Shown piece after piece: positions 57,037 through 64,000 of a stretch of DNA of 64,000 nucleotides. Within the stretch, counting starts at the first letter, position 1, and each line of letters begins with the position of its first letter. The DNA is from a virus, in the IMG/VR virus record IMGVR_UViG_3300030060_004796, positions 1-64,000 of that record; one strand, written 5' to 3'. The translations under genes and the position numbers were made by a program. The notes under the pieces were generated by a model. The model was not told where the DNA came from. It saw nothing but the letters and a program-made list of their open reading frames with translations, and searched no databases.

Positions 57037-60000
57037 ATGGCAACAAAATGTTATAATAGAAATAGTGCAGAGTATCAAAGTCTACAAGGAAAACTTGGTA
57101 AAAATATTTTTGTAGATAGTGTTATTGACAAGTGGCAAAAAAGTAATAACTCTGATATGATACCTACTGTGGAACAGGTTGATAAATTTTTAAATCAACA
57201 AAAAACTATGCTTAATCTTAAGAAGAGAGAGTATAGTGAAGCTGTTCTTGCAAACTTATCAAACAAAGGACTTATAAGTAAGTGGAATGGTGAGTACTAT
57301 ATAAATGTAACTGAGCCAGGTCAAATAGAAAGAATAGATAGAAAGGTTGCTGAATTAAATAGAATAAAAGCACTTAGATTATTAAAACTATGGGGTGTTA
57401 ATCCAGAAGCAATAACTATGGAGAGAACAGATAAAACCTATAGAGTTGATATAAATCCAAACATATTTACAAAGGGAGATCTGATAGCTCAAGATAATAT
57501 TAAAAATCATACACATGTTTTAGATATTCTTGAACACATGAGTGATTTATTTCCTCAACTAAATATTCAAGTAGCAACAGTAAAAGAAGCAAGAGAATAT
57601 TACGACAACTTAAGTGAAGAACAAAAAAGAAAAGTATCATTTGATCAGATTACAAGTTACTATGTAAAGGGTACAGTAATGATTATTAAAGGTAGAGTAA
57701 CACCAGAAACTGCTATTGAAGAAGTGTTACACCCTTTTGTTGATGCTGTATATCTAGAAAAGAGAAGTTTATTTGATGGACTCCTAAAGGAAGCAAGAGA
57801 AATGTTTCCTCAATTAAGAATGGAGGTAGATGCAGAGTATAATCAAAGAAGAGGTTTTTCTCAACGTGATAGAGATCTTGAATTAGTTACTCAAGCATTA
57901 TCTAGACATTTCAAAAGAGAATATGAAAATGAACCAACATCAAGTTGGAGAAGTAAAATAGCTCAACTATTAAAATTCTTATTAGATGTTATACAGGATC
58001 TAAGTGCTTTTGTATCTGGGAAAAGATTAGGTATATCAGCATCTATGCTTAACTCTAATAATACATTAACTAGTATTGCCAAACTTCTTAATACTCAAGA
58101 TCTACAATTTAAGTTTACAACAGATTCAGTTTTAGATACAAAAGTTAGATACTCTTTAACTCCAAAGTTAGAAGCAGCATTAAATAAATATAAAGATTTT
58201 GCAACAGAGCCAATTCAAAAACAGATAATAGATAACCTATTTCATAAAGCTCTTAGTAATAAAGAAATATTTCCTGATTTTACTGCAGGAAGTCCATTGA
58301 CTGGAACTGAAACTCCTTTAGTAGTACTTGATAAAGATACTCATGTCTATAAAAATGTAGAAACTCTTGAGGTATATGATTCAACAACAACAAAAATAAA
58401 AGGTAAGTTAGATGATGATGCTGGTTTATATAAAATCAATAGAGATATAGGTAATGACTTTGATATGATAATGGAGTTTTTAGCACTGCAAGAAGCTAAT
58501 GAAGCTGAGGCACTTGAAATTCTATTACCTAAAATGAAAGTTCTTGATAGAGATGCAACAATAAGGGCTATTTCTAAAATGGAAGATAAGCTTGCAGAAT
58601 ATAGAGAAGCAGGTGCTGTTATAATTCCACAGGTAGTAGTAGCAGATGCAGCGTCTAAAACTGCTGGTACTATAGATCTAATGGCTATTCATAAAGATGG
58701 TACAATACAAATAATAGATTTAAAGGTTAGTAAGAATTCTATTAATACAGATATGTATGATAGACTATTTCCTGTAAATGAAGGCAGTATTTGGTATGAT
58801 CCTTCACTAAAGAAAAATGAGCAATTTGGATTAACTACAAGAATGCAGCAAGGTTTGCAGGTTAATACTTATAGAAGAATGCTTATTAATATGGGATATA
58901 CAGTAGATCCTATTAGTAAAACTTTACATTTTAATGTTGATGTAACAGGTAAAGGAAAGAAACAAGAGTTTAAGGGTACCTTTAAATTTGATGGTGAGGT
59001 TAATCATCCATCAAGTCAAGCATTAACACAGGTTGATGAACTTGTTCCTTTAAATCCAGATATAAAACATAAGGAAACTATGGAAGAGGATCCTTATATT
59101 ACTGAAGATGAGGCACTTCCACAAGATGATGTAATAGAAGAAAGGATTTATGCAGCTCAAGTAGAAACTGTTAAGCAGTACAAAGACAAGCTTGTAACAA
59201 GAAGAGAGGTAATTGAACAACTATTAGATAGAGAAAAACAAACAATCTTCACTAAAAATTTACTAAACAATATAGATAGGGCTATCACTGACATTAATGT
59301 TGCTATAACAGAAGGAAGAGCTGATATTGTTTATGAAGAATTATTACAACAAAATATAGAAGAGCTAAAACAATTTATAGAATATGTAGAAACTGGTGAT
59401 AAAACTAGTTCTGAATATATTGATATGGTTTTAAAAATGGAAGATATAGCAACTACATATGCAGGATTAGATGTAGTAAGTCTTCCAGAAGGTATATCTT
59501 TAGGTAATAAAAAAGAGGCACTTAGAAATACTCTAAAAGAACTTGTTGATAAAATTAGAGGTGATGGAGCTTATACTAATAAAGGACTTGTTGATGAAGG
59601 AATTTACCAACACGTAAGAGAAATATATAAAGCAAATACAAATAGAACAGATCTTACAGATGCAGAAATAGATAAGATAATGTCTGAGATGGAAGATATG
59701 AGTTCTATAAATTATGGTACAAGTGATTTAGCTACAAGTAGAGATCCTTTATCACAGATAATGGATAAGCTATATAAAAGACAAGTTCAAAAAACAATTG
59801 ATAAAGTTGAGGAAAGAAATAGAGAACTAAGAAGGTTAGGTACAAAGCTGGAAAAGTTATCATCAGGTAAAGTTGATTTTAGTTATATGTTAAACTTTGA
59901 TAAGGAGGGTAATTTTAAAGGAACTTATGTAGAACAAATAGGACCACAATATGATGCCTTATTCAATGAAGTTAGAGCAGAGTTAACTGATGACAGAGGA

Positions 60001-62589
60001 GAATGGAAAGATTATATTGTTAAGGCTAATTTAGAAGATTACACAAAAGAAGAACTTGAATGGAATAAAAAAATAAAAGCTGCAAGAAGAAAGTATGCTC
60101 AATTAATGGAAGCAGAATCTGTTGTAGATGAAAGAAGAGTGGATGGTAAATACCATAAATATAATGCTGAATTTAGAGCTGCTAGAGAAGAGGTTTTAGA
60201 ATTTCGTTATAATGCAGATAGTACATGGGGATGGTGGCAAGCTAAAAGAGGTGTTTCATCAGTAAAAGTTAATGAGTTTTACCGTAAATACTATGAAGAA
60301 AGTGTAGTTACTAAGGTTAATGAAGACGGCTCTGTTTCACAAGTGACTTCAAAAAGGTTTCCAAAAAGAGATTATGTAGAAAAAAGAACTACATCAAGAG
60401 GTGGAAAACTTAATGATATGGTCAACCCTAAGTATGAAAAAATTATGAATCCTGATCCTACTAATTCATTGGCATTAGCACAAAAGGAGTTTTTTATATT
60501 TTTCCAAAAAGAATTTTTAAGTTTATTAGATAAACTTCCTAGTAGTGTTAGAGATCAAATGATAGGTAGAATACCTGTTGTTAGAGATAATGCTCTCACT
60601 CAAATGAAAAGAGAAGGAGGTTTAATTGCAGGATTAGCTTCTAGAGCTTCTAGAGGTTGGAAAAATTTATGGAGAACAACATCAAGACAAGAAAAAGTAA
60701 TAGTTGATGCACAAGGACAATTCATAGATACACTACCTATATTCTATGTTGGTCAACCACAAAATGAAAAATTATTAGAATCTATTGATGATGAATTACA
60801 ATTATTAGAATCACAATACAAAGAAAAGAAAATAAAAATTGATGAGTATAAAGAAAAGAAAAATGGATTAATAACAAGAAGAAATGATCTTCAGTCTAAA
60901 CCTACATTGAATCAAATGAGTTTAGATATGGTAGATAATCTATTAAGATTTTCTGCAATGGCTGAGAACTATGAAGTAATGAATGAAATCAAAGGTACTC
61001 TTTTAGCATTTCAAAAAGTTATTGAAAATAGAAATTATTCTCCTTCTGGAACAAAACGTCTTTTCTCAAAGATTAGAGGTAGAGATACTACAGTAGGTAT
61101 GGGTCAAGAATCTAATATAACTGCTAGAGCAAGAAAGTGGATGCATATGGTGTATTATAATAATGATAGGCAAACAGAAGGTGCTCTAGATAAAATTTCT
61201 AAAAACTTAATTCAATTGTCATCATTAACATATGTAGGTTTAAACTGGTGGGGTAACATTAATAACTACGCAATGGGTAGAATGAATAATGCTATTGAAA
61301 CTATTGGTGGTAGATACTTTGAACCAGAAGCAATGTTAAGAGCTACAAAAGTATTTCAAGGAGCTGCAATGCAAGATGTTGTTAAAAAAATGGGTAGCAG
61401 TTCTACTTGGGCTGGTATAACTGGAGGTAAAGGTGCTTATGAAGATTATATACCTGAAAGTAAATATAACGGATTGGTTGGATATTTTAGAATGATGGAT
61501 GATATGGCAGATCTACGTGAGCAAGGTAGAGCTAAAGGTAAGGGTGGAGTTGTTAGAGAAGCAATGTCATGGGCATATTTATTCCAAGATGGAGCAGAGT
61601 ATAATGTTCAAACTAAAGTTGGTATGGCAATTCTTATGTCAACTAAAATGCAAAAACTAGATGATGCAGGAAAAGTATTAGATGAGATGTCTTTATATGA
61701 TGCCCTTCAATACAATAATAAGACTGGTGATGTAGCTTTAAAAGACGGTTATGATACTATGGTAAAGAAGAATGGTACTAAGGTTAAGTTTGATGATAAT
61801 GCTAGATATGATCTTAGAAATAATATCCGTGAAGTAAACAAACAAATTCATGGTAACTATGCTCATGCTGATAGAATGATTATTCAACAACACTTCCTTG
61901 GTCAGTTAGCAGCTCAGTTTAAAAAATGGGTAGCTCCAGCTATTAAAGCTAGATATAGAAGAGAATACTATGATGAGAATCTAGGTTGGATGGAAGGACG
62001 TTATAGAAGTGCTTGGTCATTTGTAGGATTTCTTTTTAAGGAAAAAGCTAGCATAAATAAGACTGTTAAAAGAATGAAATATGAGTTTGGTGATGAAAGA
62101 GCTTTAAATAAGATTCAAGGTATGAAGAGAACTCTAGCAGATTTTACATTTATGATGGCATCTTTTGCAATGGCTATGATCATGGATGCATTATTTGATG
62201 ATGATGATGAAGATAAAAATGTACACAGAAAAAGATTTGAGAATGCGTTAGTCTATCAATTTAATAGACAAGCAAGAGAGCTTATGTTCTTTACTCCATT
62301 TGGACTTAAAGAACAATTCTATATGACAGATTCTCCTATTGCTGTAACAAGAATGATGGGAGATATGGGTGACGCTGTAATTGCTACATTCAAAGTACCT
62401 CTTGCATATAGTTATCAGCTAGCAAGTCCGGACTATGATATAACAAAAGATAAAGCTATATATTATCAAAGAGGTCCTAGAAAAGGAACAATGAAAGTTT
62501 CCAAAGAATGGAGTGATGTTATACCATTACTTTATACGATCAATAGATATAGAGCCTATGACACTGTTAAAGATTTCTGGGTTAAGTAA
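57037..62589 (+). CDS. Internal cargo protein: degenerate zincin, PD-(D/E)xK nuclease domain and helical ejection-type C-terminus
   Basis: 'AIEEVLHPF' (57718); 'AGTIDLMAI...IIDLK...QQGLQVNTY' (58663-58870). Confidence 0.75.
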   Translation: MATKCYNRNSAEYQSLQGKLGKNIFVDSVIDKWQKSNNSDMIPTVEQVDKFLNQQKTMLNLKKREYSEAVLANLSNKGLISKWNGEYYINVTEPGQIERIDRKVAELNRIKALRLLKLWGVNPEAITMERTDKTYRVDINPNIFTKGDLIAQDNIKNHTHVLDILEHMSDLFPQLNIQVATVKEAREYYDNLSEEQKRKVSFDQITSYYVKGTVMIIKGRVTPETAIEEVLHPFVDAVYLEKRSLFDGLLKEAREMFPQLRMEVDAEYNQRRGFSQRDRDLELVTQALSRHFKREYENEPTSSWRSKIAQLLKFLLDVIQDLSAFVSGKRLGISASMLNSNNTLTSIAKLLNTQDLQFKFTTDSVLDTKVRYSLTPKLEAALNKYKDFATEPIQKQIIDNLFHKALSNKEIFPDFTAGSPLTGTETPLVVLDKDTHVYKNVETLEVYDSTTTKIKGKLDDDAGLYKINRDIGNDFDMIMEFLALQEANEAEALEILLPKMKVLDRDATIRAISKMEDKLAEYREAGAVIIPQVVVADAASKTAGTIDLMAIHKDGTIQIIDLKVSKNSINTDMYDRLFPVNEGSIWYDPSLKKNEQFGLTTRMQQGLQVNTYRRMLINMGYTVDPISKTLHFNVDVTGKGKKQEFKGTFKFDGEVNHPSSQALTQVDELVPLNPDIKHKETMEEDPYITEDEALPQDDVIEERIYAAQVETVKQYKDKLVTRREVIEQLLDREKQTIFTKNLLNNIDRAITDINVAITEGRADIVYEELLQQNIEELKQFIEYVETGDKTSSEYIDMVLKMEDIATTYAGLDVVSLPEGISLGNKKEALRNTLKELVDKIRGDGAYTNKGLVDEGIYQHVREIYKANTNRTDLTDAEIDKIMSEMEDMSSINYGTSDLATSRDPLSQIMDKLYKRQVQKTIDKVEERNRELRRLGTKLEKLSSGKVDFSYMLNFDKEGNFKGTYVEQIGPQYDALFNEVRAELTDDRGEWKDYIVKANLEDYTKEELEWNKKIKAARRKYAQLMEAESVVDERRVDGKYHKYNAEFRAAREEVLEFRYNADSTWGWWQAKRGVSSVKVNEFYRKYYEESVVTKVNEDGSVSQVTSKRFPKRDYVEKRTTSRGGKLNDMVNPKYEKIMNPDPTNSLALAQKEFFIFFQKEFLSLLDKLPSSVRDQMIGRIPVVRDNALTQMKREGGLIAGLASRASRGWKNLWRTTSRQEKVIVDAQGQFIDTLPIFYVGQPQNEKLLESIDDELQLLESQYKEKKIKIDEYKEKKNGLITRRNDLQSKPTLNQMSLDMVDNLLRFSAMAENYEVMNEIKGTLLAFQKVIENRNYSPSGTKRLFSKIRGRDTTVGMGQESNITARARKWMHMVYYNNDRQTEGALDKISKNLIQLSSLTYVGLNWWGNINNYAMGRMNNAIETIGGRYFEPEAMLRATKVFQGAAMQDVVKKMGSSSTWAGITGGKGAYEDYIPESKYNGLVGYFRMMDDMADLREQGRAKGKGGVVREAMSWAYLFQDGAEYNVQTKVGMAILMSTKMQKLDDAGKVLDEMSLYDALQYNNKTGDVALKDGYDTMVKKNGTKVKFDDNARYDLRNNIREVNKQIHGNYAHADRMIIQQHFLGQLAAQFKKWVAPAIKARYRREYYDENLGWMEGRYRSAWSFVGFLFKEKASINKTVKRMKYEFGDERALNKIQGMKRTLADFTFMMASFAMAMIMDALFDDDDEDKNVHRKRFENALVYQFNRQARELMFFTPFGLKEQFYMTDSPIAVTRMMGDMGDAVIATFKVPLAYSYQLASPDYDITKDKAIYYQRGPRKGTMKVSKEWSDVIPLLYTINRYRAYDTVKDFWVK

Positions 62590-62590
62590 A

Positions 62591-62758
62591 ATGGAAAAAG
62601 ATAAAAAGTGGTATATTGATCAATATAATAGGAATAGACCCTATAAAAACCAAGTGACAAGTTGGAAAGAATTAAGAATTAAACAAAAACTTGAACTAAA
62701 TGGAAATAAAGAAGCCTTACAAACCACTACCAGATTACCTAGCAATAGGTCCATCTGA
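62591..62758 (+). CDS. Small basic hypothetical protein (55 aa)
   Basis: ATG at 62591 immediately after the preceding stop, in an A-rich context; overlaps the SET gene by 59 nt. Confidence 0.45.
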   Translation: MEKDKKWYIDQYNRNRPYKNQVTSWKELRIKQKLELNGNKEALQTTTRLPSNRSI

Positions 62759-63020
62759 TATACACGGAGCAGGTATTATTGCCAAAGAAGATATACCTGC
62801 CGGAATAGATATGGGTATAACTCATGTGTATGATCCAGAATTTCAACATGACTATATTAGAACTCCATTAGGAGGATTTATTAATCATTCAGAAACTCCT
62901 AATTGTGAATTAGTGGAAGATGACAGTGATGTTAGTTATAAAAGAATAAAGACTCTACATAAAATAGAAGCTGGAAAAGAGCTAACCTTAAAGTATAGTT
63001 TATATAAACTTAATGATTAG
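62700..63020 (+). CDS. Minimal SET-domain protein (putative lysine methyltransferase)
   Basis: 'SDIHGAGIIAKEDIPAG', 'GFINHSETPNC' and 'AGKELTLKY' are the SET signature motifs. Confidence 0.9.
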   Translation: MEIKKPYKPLPDYLAIGPSDIHGAGIIAKEDIPAGIDMGITHVYDPEFQHDYIRTPLGGFINHSETPNCELVEDDSDVSYKRIKTLHKIEAGKELTLKYSLYKLND

Positions 63021-63032
63021 TTAACATAAACA

Positions 63033-63081
63033 GGGGTTACATTACGTATCTTATTTATATGAAACGTATAGATGTAACCCC
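63033..63081. terminator. Long inverted repeat between convergent genes (bidirectional terminator-like hairpin)
   Basis: ggggttacat (63033-42) pairs with atgtaacccc (63072-81); inner tacgt/acgta pairing with a 3-nt bulge. Confidence 0.6.
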
Positions 63082-63133
63082 AATAGTTTATATTGCAATA
63101 ATGATTATTGTTTTTGTTTTAGGCACTATCTAA
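63059..63133 (+). CDS. Possible 24-aa single-pass membrane peptide
   Basis: Reads MKRIDVTPIVYIAIMIIVFVLGTI; start codon lies inside the hairpin; below the ORF-track size cutoff; could be spurious. Confidence 0.3.
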   Translation: MKRIDVTPIVYIAIMIIVFVLGTI

Positions 63134-64000
63134 CTTCACAGGCACCACCGGCACAAGCCAGTTCACCTGATAAATTAGTATTGTCATCATCTTCAGTAAC
63201 ATTGAATAAGTCAATATTCATTAAGGACTTTTCAAGTTCTATGAATTTCTTTTTTGTAATATCCTCAAATGGAGCTTGAGTATAAGTACCACCATCATAA
63301 GGTAAAACAGATAAACCATTATAATGATCCCTATTCTTCCACATCCACTCACCTGCCATATCCCAATCTTCCTCTTTAAGACTTACAGTAGCAGAGACAT
63401 TGTGAGTATTACTTCCAGATCTATGACCTGGTTTAACCCATTCAGTGGCTACCTTTTTAATTCTTTCAAGAAGTGCAAAAGGAGACTCTGTTCTAAGTAT
63501 AGATCCTTCTGGAGCTGACTGAGGTATACTAATTACAGCAGTATCATGTCCACGGAATACACAGTCTTCTATTAATTCAGGATGGTTTTCTACTAAATAA
63601 CTATAAATAGATTCATTCTTACCAACACGTATTCTTCTTACATAATAATCATTATGCCAAGCATGAATACCAGAGCTTGTTCCTAATGTTAATGAGGTTG
63701 TACCAGCAGGTTTAACTGTAGTGCATCTAGCTGCTTTTTTCACTCCTATTAACTTTGCTACTCTTGCGTTCTCTTTTTTTACTATACTTGCAGCTTCCTT
63801 CATATCCATTTGGAGCACAGCGGCACTCCCTATTCCTGTCATTGACACACCTATAAGAGCGTCTTTTTCTGTTGTTTCTTTCCATATCTCTCTTAAATAA
63901 TGAAAGTTAGTATATCCAGCTTGTAGTGTTCCAATGAAAGCAGCACCTTTAACTCTTTCATTTAAATCATCTTGTGATTCAATTGTTGACACATTTACTT
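63126..64000 (-). CDS. nrdJ: Class II (adenosylcobalamin-dependent) ribonucleotide reductase, C-terminal part; 5' end outside the window
   Basis: 'CTTVKPAGTTSL...SSGIH', 'THNVSATV', 'YTQAPFE' and C-terminal redox pair 'ACAGGACE'; the frame is open to the window edge. Confidence 0.93.
   Translation of the reverse strand, partial: VNVSTIESQDDLNERVKGAAFIGTLQAGYTNFHYLREIWKETTEKDALIGVSMTGIGSAAVLQMDMKEAASIVKKENARVAKLIGVKKAARCTTVKPAGTTSLTLGTSSGIHAWHNDYYVRRIRVGKNESIYSYLVENHPELIEDCVFRGHDTAVISIPQSAPEGSILRTESPFALLERIKKVATEWVKPGHRSGSNTHNVSATVSLKEEDWDMAGEWMWKNRDHYNGLSVLPYDGGTYTQAPFEDITKKKFIELEKSLMNIDLFNVTEDDDNTNLSGELACAGGACEVR

Noticed and set aside
62513-62590. Upstream start for the 81-aa ORF
   Set aside because: Overlaps the 1850-aa gene; the ATG at 62591 directly after its stop is more plausible.
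63033-63081. Cobalamin riboswitch associated with nrdJ
   Set aside because: The hairpin is at the 3' end of nrdJ and lacks the riboswitch's size and conserved boxes.
1-64000. Stop-codon reassignment (TAG=Gln or TGA=Trp), as in some crAss-like phages
   Set aside because: All giant ORFs are intact in code 11, and TAG (12194, 28332, 57030, 63020, nrdJ) and TGA (62758) act as normal stops.
1-64000. CRISPR array, tRNA/rRNA, DGR, integrase or transposase
   Set aside because: No spaced direct repeats, tRNA-like cloverleafs, reverse transcriptase or recombinase motifs were seen by eye; a tRNAscan run would be needed to exclude tRNAs formally.

Overview
A 64-kb slice of a large, AT-rich lytic crAss-like (Crassvirales-type) bacteriophage, most likely infecting an aquatic Bacteroidota/Flavobacteria host. 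The host is inferred from the lack of Shine-Dalgarno sites, Bacteroidota-style promoters and a B12-dependent RNR. The + strand carries the virion module in crAss-like order: post-capsid conserved gene, ring protein, auxiliary capsid protein, Cys-rich hub/fibre proteins, a metallophosphoesterase, an IHF-like protein, two ring proteins and a 2799-aa tail muzzle. Six giant internal 'cargo' proteins follow, including a 5193-aa virion RNA polymerase (DFDID motif, fused zincin). The window ends with a SET-domain gene and a convergent, truncated class II ribonucleotide reductase. The standard genetic code is used. Main unexplained signals: (1) three cargo proteins are strings of unrelated modules (lytic transglycosylase-like, LysM, L,D-transpeptidase, outer-membrane beta-barrel-like, toxin-like) separated by about 23 copies of an xxxGG(-LPKAQxG) linker, and one module is a permuted papain-fold (PPPDE/DeSI-like) Cys peptidase, suggesting a di-glycine-processed effector polyprotein system; (2) two intact vWA/MIDAS domains are inserted into the muzzle on CPPG cysteine stalks; (3) the 5193-aa and 1850-aa proteins each have a single Cys, both in a K-C-Y context, at their facing C- and N-termini. 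All family assignments come from motif recognition by eye and were not database-verified.
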